Shown: piece by piece, positions 1-12,947 of the stretch | How positions within the stretch are numbered: the first letter of the stretch is position 1 | Layout of the letters: the number at the start of each line of letters is the position of its first letter | Assembly: GCF_009914755.1 (NCBI RefSeq) | Contig: NC_060930.1 | Direction: 5' to 3' (one strand) | Source: the human T2T-CHM13v2.0 reference genome, Homo sapiens | Length of the DNA stretch: 64,000 bases | The notes under the pieces: model-generated | What the model was told of the DNA's origin: nothing | Database searches by the model: none | Seen by the model: the letters and a program-made list of their open reading frames with translations, nothing else | Position numbers and translations under genes: made by a program

Positions 1-229
1 ATTAGAAAGATTCCAAAATTCCTTCATCTAGGATGAGCCTGGCAGCTGCAGCATCTCCAGGAACATTCATTTCCTGAGGTGTGGCCAAAAAGAATTTTCT
101 GAGAGATTCTCAACTGCAGCTCACTGACAGTCTCTTACACCAAGCACAAAGTAATCTCTTTGCTTCCAGCAAGCAACATTCAACAATTAATGAATCTTTC
201 CCTTGGTGTCAGGAGCTTAGGAAGGCAGA
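1..229 (-). pseudogene. Relic exon (runs to window edge)
   Basis: Acceptor cttttctgttttatag|; phase 0: SAFLSS*HQGKDSLIVECCLLEAKRLLCAWCKRLSVSCS*ESLRKFFLATPQEMNVPGDAAAARLILDEGILESF*. Confidence 0.55.
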
Positions 230-298
230 CTATAAAACAGAAAAGTTGAGGTGGTCTCAGTCTTCCTAGAGTAGATTGTCTTGGACTATTCCCTAAAT

Positions 299-489
299 CA
301 GTGGTTTCAAATCTCACGTATGTTATCAGAGTCATCTGGAGACCTTGTGAAAGCACAGATGTCTGAACCTGACCCCCAGAGTTTCTGAATCAGTAGGTCT
401 GGGATGAGGCCATAGAATTTGCATTTCTAATAAGTCTCCAGGTGATGCTGATGCTGCTGATCTGGGGACCACAACCTTGAGAACCACTG
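299..489. mobile_element. MER5A (hAT-Charlie) DNA transposon
   Basis: cagtggtttcaaa...ttgagaaccactg terminal inverted repeats; degenerate 8-bp TSD ccctaaat/cactaaac. Confidence 0.85.
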
Positions 490-764
490 CACTAAACATT
501 TGAGTCACCCCTCTTAGTCATACAAACATAAGAGAAGCAGGCTCCCAATGTACTGAGGGAGGATGGACGCCTCTTCCTGAACCCTGGCCGACTGCTAAGC
601 AGGATGTGGGAAAACTTGGAATTAAAGGAACTCTGGGAAACAAGAAATCAGAAACCCGGAAATCCAACCCCTTCTGTATTGAGGGTGAAGATGACTAGAA
701 CACTCTGATAGCTTAGGACAGTCCAAATTAAAATATCTCTGCAAGAAAAGGACATCATGGGCAT

Positions 765-1675
<911 letters not shown>

Positions 1676-2396
1676 TAATGGTTTCTCTCCAGATGGACAG
1701 ACCTGCCAGGTTGATACCTTTGCCAGCCCCTCTGGAATTCCAGTGAATAAAATTTTCCCTAACAGATCACTTGTTTAGTGTAGCACTTAGCGCCTAGCCT
1801 CACCACTGTTTACTTACCTCCTTTCCCTCCTCTGTGAGCTCTCTGCATGTAAGAACTACACTCTTTATAACAGTTTTGTTGGTGGCCATGCACAGTGGCT
1901 GACTTATAGTAGATGCTCTATGGAGTGACTGTTTGCAAACAACCTTCCAAATAAGATAAGAATAACAAAATTGAGCCTGGTTAGTCTGCATCCAGATAGA
2001 ATGGAATTTTTTAAATGGCAGCAAGGGGAGCAAAGCACATTGTAAGTAATGCTACATGAAAACAGGCAGCAACCCTCAAAGGTGAGCTTCAAAAGTCAGA
2101 TCAACCTTCACTCAGCCCTAGAACATTTCTAACTAAATCCCACCTCTCACTAGAAGTGTCACCATTTTTCTTTTCTTTGAAAAAGCATGATGGGGGAGGG
2201 GGTGCTGGAGAACGACAAATGAGAGGGTGACTCCCATATAAGTCAGCTTCCTCTTCCCCAAATCAGTTTCCAGAAACTCTGCCATATCATGCAACGAGAA
2301 CCCCCAGCTCCTAATTCAAAGGAAAGTCTCAGAGGTCTTGGGTAAAGACGATAGCACCTCTCCTTTGGTGGCTTTCAGTGATAAACAGCTTCCTGC

Positions 2397-2625
2397 CTGA
2401 GCACTCATAAACCTGAACTCGTGGAAAAGAATTACTACACGGAAAACAGAACCCAGGCAGGGTTCGTAAACGGTACCCGGCATGGGTTTCTCACATCTTC
2501 GTTGATAAACGTCCTGTTGCCTCCTGAGGAATCTGTGAGACTCCTTGGGCACAGCTGTGGTCAGGAACACACCATGCAACAACTAGACCTGAGAAGTGTC
2601 CATCTTTCTGCCATCGAGACCTGCC
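2397..2625 (-). pseudogene. Relic exon
   Basis: Acceptor tttctgtttttcttctag|; AGLDGRKMDTSQV*LLHGVFLTTAVPKESHRFLRRQQDVYQRRCEKPMPGTVYEPCLGSVFRVVILFHEFRFMSAQ|gcagga (GC donor, phase 0). Confidence 0.6.
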
Positions 2626-3421
2626 CTAGAAGAAAAACAGAAACAACACAGATGGAGCTGCCTGTTCAAATCCTTGTGGATGTCACAAGATTAGCAGCTT
2701 TCCTCTGAGTCGGCCTCAAAGACTTCCTTTGCAATTGTTCCTAAGCTAGCTCAAGGGATAGGCAGTGAAGTTCACTAAAACAAAAACATAACCTCAAACA
2801 TCCAAAACAGCTGGTGGAAATTGTGACTGTTTTAGAGGAGCTGACTTATCTAGCTGAGTCAAAACAAGTGTGAGCGCTTCAAACAGGCACAAGATCAGAA
2901 ACAAAATTAGGTGTTTATTGAGTGCTGTCCTCTTGATTTTTTTTTTCTCCTTTGCTTAGGCATGAATCTCCCCCTTAGCTTCATCCTGGCAAGGAATAAA
3001 ATCTTTTATGATATAAAAATTGATATATTGGGAAATTAAGTGTAAAATAAGGGTCCTTTTCCTAGTTGTAAAAGTAATATATGTTCTTTAGAGGAAAATG
3101 CAGAAAAAACACAAAAACTAAAATAAAAGTCACCTGTAATCCCACCACTGTTTCTATTTTGTTATTTTTTTAACTTTAGTTTTTCATATACACACACGAT
3201 TTAAATTATATCTGGATCTATATCTAGACAGATAGGTAGATAGATAGAGATATCTATTTAAATGATTAATTTTGATCCTGATTTTTCATCCAGTACATCA
3301 TGACCATTTTCCTATGTCATTTATATATTCTTCCACATTTTCTATATCTGCAAAATATCAGACCATACAAACACCAAAAACTTTTTAGCTAATGCCAATT
3401 ATGAACATTTAGGATATTTCT

Positions 3422-3754
3422 TTTTCTTTTTTTCTATTTTTTTTTTTTTTTTTTGAGACAGGGTCTCACTCTGTCGCCCAGGTTGGACTGCAGTGGTGCC
3501 ATCATGCTTCACTGTTGCCTTGAACTCCTGAACTCCTGGGTTCAAGCAATCCTCCTGTCTCAGCCTCCCGAGTAGCTGGGACTACAGGTATGTGCCATCA
3601 CACCTGGCTAATTTTTTTTGTTTTTGAAGAGATGGGTTCTTGCTATGTTGCCCAGGCTGGTTCACTTGAAACTTCAAGTTTCAAAGTAGGAATTTCAAGT
3701 GATCCTTCAGCCTCAGCCTCACAAAGTGCTCGGACTACAGGCAAATGCACGGCC
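3422..3754 (-). mobile_element. AluJ with rearranged internal segment
   Basis: Alu body; TSD taggatatttct; palindromic replacement at 3662-3702. Confidence 0.9.
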
Positions 3755-3843
3755 TAGGATATTTCTGATTTTGTGCCATTATCAACAGTGCTGTGAAAAA
3801 GATCCTTGTTGATAAATCTTACATGTGTACATAGGAAATTTAC

Positions 3844-4059
3844 TTTCTGTTACAGTACACTGAAATTCAGGATATAAAATGGATAACTGGCATTGAAGAA
3901 ATCTAGCACCCTTCTCCCTAAGAATTGCTGACATATTTCTAGTTAGGCAGCTACTGTTAGAACTACAAGGCCTTCCTGGTTTCATAGAAGCCTTGCTTTC
4001 AGTCAAATGAATGGTTTCTTCAGTTTGCAATGCAGGAACTTTAAAATAACTTTTAGAAT
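3844..4059 (-). pseudogene. Relic exon
   Basis: Acceptor tttcatttctcctcatag|; open frame DSKSYFKVPALQTEETIHLTESKASMKPGRPCSSNSSCLTRNMSAILREKGARFLQCQLSILYPEFQCTVTE; donor gtaaat (end uncertain). Confidence 0.5.
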
Positions 4060-4293
4060 CTATGAGGAGAAATGAAAGCAAATAAAATAAATATTAGGAA
4101 AGATTACTAATCTTGTTAGGAATAAGAAAATATAACATAGAAGTAGAGTAATTCCATCAAGTAAGGTTTCAGACTTGATTAAACTAGCCTGAAACTTTAT
4201 CTTCCAGAAAACTCTCAACTTTAGATAATCTGTAGCAGGCTTTTCAATTACAGAAACTAGTTAAACTGTTTCTACTTTCTTATATTTTCCAAT

Positions 4294-4903
4294 TCAAAAA
4301 AATGAGATTAAATGTTCCTAAGAAGAAGACTCTAAAATGGCATTATCAGCTCTCATTCTAGATTTACTGCTTCCACTGAACAGTTGCTTCTGAATTGGCA
4401 CAAGACATCCAGTCACTCGCGATTGGGAATGAATCACTCCCTAAAATCATTCCAGAATTTGGATAACGGAGAAGTTTGCCTCCTGCCAAAAGCCCAACAA
4501 ATGCTGGTAAAATTTAGGAAAGTCATTATCATGAAAGCCTGCAATGGTTTCAGAGAACATCTCTTAGTAGTTACTGCACTCTATGACCTCCAGAAAAAGT
4601 GTAAGCAACTCCATGCGTATACACAGACCGTGCCAGTTTCCCTTAAAAGTCTCATTCTCTTCATCACCACTGAGTGGAATTAAAAACAGTTGGTCAAGCT
4701 CCACTAATCAACAGCTGCTTGCAATTAGATGAAGCATTTAAAGCCATTCTCTTAACTACCTTCCCAACTGCCTAACCATTCAGCATGAGCAATACACCAT
4801 GACAATTTGCCAGAATGTTTAACTTATCTCCATCTCTAGTAGTTTCTATACCTTCCTTATTTTCTTCAGTCTTCCCACACACTGTCTGACTCTTCCAGTT
4901 CCT
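4294..4903 (-). pseudogene. Large relic exon with a frameshift near 4708
   Basis: Acceptor cccttctctgtatttaacaag|; 3' part LVELDQLFLIPLSGDEENETFKGNWHGLCIRMELLTLFLEVIECSNY*EMFSETIAGFHDNDFPKFYQHLLGFWQEANFSVIQILE*F*GVIHSQ is strongly protein-like; end uncertain. Confidence 0.6.
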
Positions 4904-5217
4904 CTTGTTAAATACAGAGAAGGGATTAGTTGAAACAAGGTCGAGCCGAGCTGCTTTGTGCTAAGATGGAAAATTCTGCCCAGGCGACTATTAGGGGGCA
5001 GAGTAATTTTGGTGTTTCTCAAAGAGAAAAGATGCCTTTTTCTTTTCTTTTCTTTTGTTTTTTAACAATGAACTGGAGAGTTCGCTTTAACTTTTCTCTC
5101 TTAGAATGATGAAGAAAGCAAGTTACTGGGCTTTTGTGAACTGTTTTCAATTTTCATAACTTCTAACTAGTCATTTTAAAGCAGAGAGAAAAAGTACAGA
5201 TCACTTTATTCAATTGT

Positions 5218-5338
5218 TTTCTTTACAAATAAAGAAACTGGGCATCAATAGTCTAGTTGCTCTTCCCAAGGTCACATAAAAAGTGGCTGAGTATGAACTG
5301 AATCCACTTCTCCCGATTCTCAGTCCAGATCACTTTCG
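5218..5338 (-). mobile_element. MIR
   Basis: Core tttacaaataaagaaactgggc...cccaaggtcacat. Confidence 0.7.
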
Positions 5339-5388
5339 ATGACTTCAGCTGCCTTTTTCACAAAGAAAACCTCTCCAGCTCAACAGCT

Positions 5389-5624
5389 CTACCACTTGCG
5401 TTGTCCAAGGGTTAGAACTGCAGTCCTCCCAGCCTGCTCCATCACCCAGGCCTCCAGCCTGCCCATCTTAGGACTTAAAGTCAAAGGGAAAAAATTATAT
5501 GGCTTCTTCTTTGCAATCATGTTTCTCACTATCCTACCTTCCCCTTCCCACCTAAAAGAGACCGTCCAAAATCTCCAACTATAGTTCTTTTTCTCCATCT
5601 CACCCTCTGATGTACTCATTTTGC
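5389..5624 (-). pseudogene. Possible relic exon
   Basis: Long pyrimidine tract then aatag|; 76-codon ORF 5389-5619; frame and donor ambiguous. Confidence 0.4.
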
Positions 5625-6358
5625 CTATTTTGTCATACAGGGGGCAGGAGGAGAATGAAAGAAAGAAAGAGAAAAGTAGTGGGGGGTGTTATTAGACAGA
5701 GGCAATTTTGCCTGCTCAAAACTCAAGAAGGAGCTGAGAGCTGAGACAGGAATGGCAGCCCCCACAGCCTGCATGTCATGCTCATAGCCTGTCTCTTCCC
5801 AAACCCACCATTCTTCCCGAGGCTAACCTTCTCTAGAAACCTCCTCCCCACAACCTCAAGCCTCTAGTCCAGTCTTTGAAAATCATGGGGTCTTCCTTCT
5901 TTATCTGAGGGTACCTGAGTACATTATTTCATTTTCTCCTTAAACTCATATTTCCATTATACTTACCATGTAGAGAATGTTATTCTTATATATTGTTTGG
6001 CTTCAGAGTATTTTGATCATCTTATTATGCTTTTCCGCAACTCTATATATATGCTTATACTTATATTTATGTGTTTATATTTATATATCTGTTCCTGCTA
6101 TATATTTGTATATGTATATATAATATGTCTGTACTACATTTATTTTCATATACACTGTATATATAAAAATGAGGGAGAGGAAGAGAGGAATTTTAAAAAT
6201 TTTCATGTGGCCATAACAAGTGTTAAAAAGTATTCTTCTTGGAGTTATTATTACATTTATTTCAAATGTACAGTTAATCAACATCACATAAACATATTTA
6301 AAATCATATAGATAATTATTAAACATATAAAGTATGTTGTATCAGAAATGAATCTCTT

Positions 6359-6603
6359 GGATGTGAGGGTGATCTGGCTGCAATATCTGTCACCCCATTG
6401 ATCGCCAGGGTTGATTCAGCTGATCTGGCTGGCTAGGTGGTGTCCCCTTCCTCCCTCACCGCTCCATGTGCGTCCCTCCCAAAGCTGCATGCTGGGTCAA
6501 AGAGGACAACCATCCCTGATGGAGGAGGATGGGTCTTCGGTCAAGGGTATAGGAGTAACAAGAGTAACTGCGTTCCCCTGCTAGAACCTCCAAACAAGCT
6601 CTC
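6359..6603 (+). pseudogene. RN7SKP: 7SK snRNA retropseudogene, 3'-truncated and tailless
   Basis: Starts ggatgtgagggtgatctggctg and matches 7SK to ...caaacaagctctc; perfect 15-bp TSD agaaatgaatctctt at 6344-6358 and 6605-6619. Confidence 0.95.
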
Positions 6604-6661
6604 GAGAAATGAATCTCTTAACAAATTCAGTGGCATGTTTTTCATCCGATTAATTCATGTA

Positions 6662-7231
6662 TAGCAGGTCTTTGAATAAACTTGTTTCCTTCAACGTTGT
6701 TTTGTTATAATGTTATTGGGAAAAAAAAATAGTTCCCAGGCTGGGCTGCCATCTGCGTGGATTTGCACGCTCTCCCCAGGCCTTCGTGAGTTTTCTCCCA
6801 CATTCCAAAGATGTGCACGTTGGGTGAAGTGGCATGTCTACACGGTCCCCGTGTGAGTGTGGGTGTGGGTGTGAATGCGTCCTGCAATGAAATGGTGTCC
6901 TGTCCAAGGTGAATTCCCACTGGCACCCTGAGCTGCCCAGACAGGCTCCAGCCACCCGTGGCCCTGAACTGGAATAAACTGATAAATAATTATCTTACTT
7001 GGTTTTAGTCATCTTTTTAAAATGTATGTATAGCTCACACTTATTTTAAAGTTTAGTAAGTTTTTTTTCTTTATTTAGAAGTTTGGTGACATTTATGTGA
7101 CCAGAAATATGCCATAGGAACTTAATTCTTGTTCATATCAATTAGCCTGTGGTAAAATTGGTTTCCTTATACATCATCTCACTAACATAGCAGTTTCCAA
7201 GAACTTATTGATGATATTAAGTGAGTTACTG
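6662..7231 (+). mobile_element. MER6A (TcMar-Tigger)
   Basis: Matches MER6A consensus end to end; TA flanks. Confidence 0.9.
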
Positions 7232-7607
7232 TATTTATAATTCGATATTCCTTAATGCTAAACTGTAGCCATCTTCAGAATCAATTCTTTTCCCAATTTT
7301 TCATTTTTATGGAGGTAAGCACTGAGAAAGTAGTTGTTTTAGTCACCTAAATAGAGGAAATGAAAGACATTTTGTTATAGCAATAACACTAAAAGTTCTA
7401 CGATTTTGTAGAAAGCCAAGAATTAGAAACCAATTGACTTGAAAACCAGTAAAAACAAGTAAAAACTTTTTTTTACTCCATGATTAAAGTCATTCATTTT
7501 TTCAACAGCAAAGTCAAGATTTTGAGTTATTCCTCATTTCATCCCTCAAGTAATTTTACATCCTAGGACAAAATACCCTAGTAAGATTTGCTAGGTAGTA
7601 CGTATGC

Positions 7608-7706
7608 CTCTCTTTCGCAAAAAGACACGAAAGGTAAATGATCAGTACCAAAGTGCTGGCTATTGAGCAGATCCATTTTAGGAGAGCACATAAGGAAGGC
7701 ATTTCT
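7608..7706 (-). pseudogene. Relic exon
   Basis: Acceptor gtggttttcag|; phase 0 open RNAFLMCSPKMDLLNSQHFGTDHLPFVSFCERE; donor uncertain (gcatac or further downstream). Confidence 0.5.
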
Positions 7707-7799
7707 CTGAAAACCACGTGTGCCTGCCTACCTCGTAGGAAGTCTTCATTGCTCCAGGAATGCACGTATTTCCCCTTTGAAAACTGCTGGACTGCATGG

Positions 7800-8363
7800 T
7801 CCAGTCCCTGCCTGCTTTCCAATCTCACTTAACCTTTGTTTTCCCTGAGCTCCTCTGAATCATTGAGCATGCTGTTCCCACTGCCTACACATCACTTCCT
7901 CAGAGACACCTTTTCCTAGAGACACCTTTTCTCTGAGGTCACCTTTCCTGACCTCAGAGACACATTTGCTGACCATCCAGAGACACCTTTTCCTGACCAT
8001 CCAGCATAAAATAGGTTTCCCAGTTTCCCAGTTATTCTCTCTCTTAATTCCCTGTTCATCTCCTTCATACTACTTATCACAGTTTGCCATCATGTATTAA
8101 TTTGTATTGATTTAAGTCACCCACCTGCCCACTGTCTTTAGCATTACTTGGGAACTTGTTGGAAACGCAAATTCCCAGGCCCCACTTTAGACCTTGAATG
8201 AGAAACTCTAAAGGCAGGATCCGAAAATCTGTGTTTTGTTTTATTAAGTGTTCCAGGTGTTTCTAATACCACGAAAATTTGAGAATCACTATACGGAATC
8301 ATATTCTCTATGAGGATGGAGACTATGTCAGCTTTTTTCCATCACTAAACACACACACATGTG

Positions 8364-8409
<46 letters not shown>

Positions 8410-8470
8410 ACTTTGCTTAATGGTCAGCATGTGAGATATGCTCCATGATGACATCCTGTTGAATAAACTC
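7800..8470 (+). mobile_element. L2 3' fragment interrupted by MER5A (~8135-8290) and (CA)n
   Basis: L2-like cttcctcagagacaccttttcctgacc...; MER5A-like gggaacttgttggaaacgcaaatt...ttgagaatcact. Confidence 0.6.
8349..8406. repeat. Interrupted (CA)n microsatellite
   Basis: Read directly. Confidence 0.95.
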
Positions 8471-8709
8471 ATGTAAGAAAGAAGCTTGCCCCACAGGAAG
8501 AAGTACATTTACATAGTGACCCATTATATATGTAGAAATATATATATATATACATAACAAGTTTTACAAAATAATACCCTTACTGCATACCATACACTTC
8601 AAACATTCTCCATCCTATTCTATTTCTTTTTTTGATAAGAGGAAAACTAAATTTATTAATTTATTTCACACTTTACAAATGGGTTTATGCACAATTTGAA
8701 AAACCTTAA

Positions 8710-9024
<315 letters not shown>

Positions 9025-9517
9025 AATGCTGTTCTTTTAAAATTCATACCTGTGCCCCTGTTATGTTTTTAATCTGGCATTCCCTCCTCTCCTCATTTCC
9101 TCATGCCCAAATCCTACTGATTCTTGAAGGCCTACCTCTTATAGTGGATTTCTCTGATAAGATCATCTTTCCCTCTTCTGAATTCCCACTGCACTTTCTC
9201 TGTACCCAGCTTTAAGGCTTTTCTTACTTTCTCCTTTTAATATAGTGTTCATGGGATATCACTTTTCCTATTAAAGTCAATCCTTCAGAACAGAATTCAA
9301 ATCTGATTCATCTTTGTATTTTTCATAGTATATACAGTGAATAATTTCAAATAATGTTTCCTAAATAAATTAGACTTTCAAGGAGGGAGCTGCTAATTTC
9401 ATTTATGGTTGTGTGAAGAAATAGTTTAAAAGAAAGTAGTATTTCAACGGGTGGCTAAGAGAGGAAGCGCATGTAAGTAAAAGGGAACCATATGGGCAAA
9501 TTGTGATAAGTGCCACA

Positions 9518-9681
9518 TTTGTGTAGGAAGTCCTAGGCTTCAGTGCAATTCTAATAAAGTTGCAGGTAGGTGTTTGAGCTAGAAGTTGGAGGAGTTCTAT
9601 GTTTTTCAGGAATGGATCAGTGCTAGTATTGCCATCATTGGTGGGGCAGCCAGGAAAACATGTCCTCTGCACAGATCTGAG
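9518..9681 (-). repeat. Inverted partial copy of the adjacent LTR16-like element
   Basis: Reverse complement aligns to 9933-10106. Confidence 0.85.
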
Positions 9682-9914
9682 CAGTGCATTTTAAAACAGA
9701 AAAGCAACCATATTATTCTCCTTACAGACCTCTCATGGCTTACCTTTCATTGCAGAATAAAGTCATTTAAGGTGCCCTGCCACCCAATCCCATTTGACTT
9801 CCTAGTCTTTTCTCCACCACGCATATAACATTGCCAGAATATGCCCTGCACTTTTTCTGTTTTAAAAAAAAAATTACATCTTCAGTGGCAATATGTGGAG
9901 ACATAAGGGCATGG

Positions 9915-10280
9915 TGACTATGAAAGTGGCCACTCAGATCTCTTCAGAGGGCACGTTTCCCCAGCTGCCCCACCAATGATGGCAATATTAGCACTGACCC
10001 ATTCCTGAGAAACATGGAACTCCTCCAACTTTGAGCTCAAGCACCCCCCATCTACCTACCTGCAGCTTTATTAGAATTGCCCTGAAGTCTGAGACTTTCT
10101 ACACAATCCTCTTTCTTTCCTCCAGTGAGATCCGCTTTGCAGTGTGAAGGCTTTCCCGCCTATTCCTGCTTCCTCATTTTATTCTCCACCAGCATTTCCC
10201 CCACTAAATACTTTTAATCCTGTCTTGCACTTTTAATCTTGCCTTGGCGCCAGCTTCTCTGGGGACCTGAACCAACTACA
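9915..10280 (+). mobile_element. ERVL LTR (LTR16-like)
   Basis: 3' end gcttctctggggacctgaaccaactaca resembles LTR16 family. Confidence 0.6.
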
Positions 10281-10359
10281 GAGGGGCAGATAAAATCAGG
10301 AAGGAGGTAAGAGGCGAAAAGTTTAGGATGGGCATACCCGATTAAAACACATATATGCC

Positions 10360-10940
10360 CTTCCTCAAATAATTAAAACTGGAATTGTCATACGATCCAG
10401 CAATTCCACTTGTGGGTATGTACCCAAAACAATTGAAAGCAGGGACTCAAACAGATACTTGCCCACCCATGCTCATAGTAGCACGGTTCACAATAGCCAA
10501 AAGGTGGAAACAACCCAAGGGGCTGTCAGCAGGTGAATGGATAAAAAAAATGTGATGTATACATATGATACTATAGAGTATCATTCTGCCTTTAAAAGGA
10601 AGGAAATCCTGACATGCTAGATCATGGATGAACCTTGAGAACATTATATAAGTGAAATAAGCCACTCACAAAAAGATACATACTGTACGACTCCCCTTAT
10701 GTAGGTAACTAGAGTAATCAAATTCGTAGAGACAGAAAATAGAATGGTGACTGGCAGGCGCTACGGGAAAGAGGGAATGGAGTGTTAGTTGTTCAATGGG
10801 GATGGATTTTCAGTTTTGCAAGATGAAAAAGTTCTGGAAATCTGTTGCACAACAACGTGAAAATACCACACTACTGAACTGTACATTTAAAAATGGTTAA
10901 GACAGTAATTTCTAGGTTATGTGTGTTTTACCATGATTTA
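10360..10940 (+). mobile_element. L1MB 3' end
   Basis: gatccagcaattccact...; tttcagttttgcaagatgaaaaagttctgga. Confidence 0.85.
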
Positions 10941-11197
10941 AACATATGCCCCAAAATATGCAGATGTGTTTATCAATGTGTACATACAGATACCGAATAT
11001 ACAACAGACACTCAAATTTACTGAAATTGTCAAAAGTCAAAGAAGGAAGAGTTCACCTAGCAAGCCACTATGTAGAAAGGGATGTAGATCTTTTGTCAAA
11101 CCACACATCTTCATAGACATAAATCCAACCAAGGTCAGATAACACCAGACAATCTTCCACAAAACGTGAGACGGCTAGCTGACCAGAGCACTCTCAC

Positions 11198-11368
11198 CAT
11201 GTCACATGCTGCCAGAGAAGCTGGGGCTACAAAATACAAGCAGATGTCAACACTTTCACCTTCCACTTTCTTAATATCGCTGATCAGGCCAAGTTTCATT
11301 TCACTTATTGGGCCACTTTCCATGTTGAGGGAGAAGGATCGAAGGAGGGCGGAAGAAAGTGTTAGGAT
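11198..11368 (-). pseudogene. Relic exon (171 nt, phase 0-0, no stops)
   Basis: ILTLSSALLRSFSLNMESGPISEMKLGLISDIKKVEGESVDICLYFVAPASLAACDM|gtgaga; alternative AG 13 nt upstream. Confidence 0.65.
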
Positions 11369-11471
11369 CTGAGTTTCATATCTGCTAATGTAAACTGATG
11401 TTGCTTACTGCTGGGTTTCAAGAGAAAACTTCCCTAAATCAGCCAAGAGTTGCTCAGAAAGACATATAGAC

Positions 11472-11626
11472 CAGGGGTTGGCAAACGTTTTTTGTAAAGT
11501 AAATACTTTATATTTTAGTAAATACAGCCTCTGTTGGTTGCAACTACTTAACTCTGATGTTGTAGCACAAAACCTACCATCCATTATATGAATTACGGCC
11601 CACGGACCGTAATTTGCCAAATCCTG
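11472..11626. mobile_element. MER58A (hAT-Charlie)
   Basis: caggggttggcaaac...tttgccaaatcctg terminal inverted repeats. Confidence 0.8.
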
Positions 11627-11861
11627 ATATATAGCACTAAGAGTTCTTTCAAAAAATACTTTCCTCTAGTTTGGATTTGGATGTACTACCTGCTTTCTGG
11701 TCTTTTATCTATTAATGCCAAAAGTACACAATTAAAATCTATTTGAAAATGATCAGCTTTATTAAGCGCCAACTTTACTAGAGAAAGTGCCATGAAACAA
11801 GATCTAGCCTGGAAGAAAGAAACCAAAATAGTCATCTGATCTCAAGCTGAAGCTACTAGAC

Positions 11862-12048
11862 CAGCGGTTCTCAAAGTATGGTATTTGGACCAGCAGTGTC
11901 ATTATTACCAGGGAACTTATTTGAAATGAAAATTTTCGGGCCCAGCCCCAGGCCTACAGAATCAGAGTATGTAGGAGTGGGGCCCAGCAATCTGTTTTAA
12001 CAAGCGCTCCAAGTGATTCTGATGCAAGATTTAGTTTGAGAACCACTG
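11862..12048. mobile_element. MER5A
   Basis: cagcggttctcaaa...tttgagaaccactg; TSD tactagac/tgctaggc. Confidence 0.9.
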
Positions 12049-12296
12049 TGCTAGGCTATGTCTGAAGCTTCTCGTGCCTCAAATTCTCCAGCAGCAAAGT
12101 AGGAATGTTAAAGTCTTGTTATTTTCCTCTATCCCTCAGGTCACAAAGACATAGCCTAGGCTGGCTGATACACACTTAAGGTGGTTCACCTAACTTAAGT
12201 CTACTAGTGTTTAAGGTAAAATACATGTTCTTTTTTTCTTTGAATTTGGATCATCTGCATTTAGAAGAAAAGATTTGTTCTGTTCTAAATTAAATG

Positions 12297-12730
12297 CAGT
12301 TGACCCTTGAGCAATACAGGTTTGAATTGCATGGGTCCATTTATATTGGATTTTCTTCAGCCTCTGCCACCCCTGAGACAGCAAGACCAACCCCTCTTTT
12401 TCCTTCTCCTCCTCAGCCTACTGAACATGAAGGTGATGAGGATGAAGACCTTTATGGTGATCCACTTCACTTACTGAATAGTAAACATATTTTCTCTTCC
12501 TTGTGATTTTCTTAATAACATTCTTTTCTTTAGCTTATCTTATTATAAGACTACAGCATATAATACATATAGCATATAAAATATGTGTTAACTGTTTATG
12601 TTATCAATAAGTCTTCCAATCAACAATAGGCTATTGGTAGTTATGTGTTTGGGGAGTCTAAAGTTATATGTAGATTCCTACTGCTTGGGAGGTCAGTGCC
12701 CCAACCCCCATGTTGTTCAAAGGTCAACTA
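12297..12730 (+). mobile_element. Tigger2a
   Basis: cagttgacccttga...ttcaaaggtcaact terminal inverted repeats; consensus match. Confidence 0.9.
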
Positions 12731-12836
12731 TACATATTCATAAGGATTTTATTCAGCTTCATCTATGGAATGATCCATAGAGTCCTTAGGATAGTAGAGA
12801 TAAGATATATAACTTGTGATACAGATTAGATCCCAC

Positions 12837-12947
12837 CTGGGCCAGAGCCAAGATACATGTGTCTCTGGCGTGTGGAATTTGGCGATATCCAAATCCCATC
12901 CAAGTATCTATTTGCCCTCACAATTTACATAAGGACCAAGGAGAATC
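12837..12947 (-). pseudogene. Relic exon (111 nt, phase 0-0)
   Basis: ttttctccag|DSPWSLCKL*GQIDTWMGFGYRQIPHARDTCILALAQ|gtggga. Confidence 0.65.

Noticed and set aside
9403-9672. 89-aa minus ORF as a candidate relic exon
   Set aside because: It is the inverted copy of LTR16 sequence
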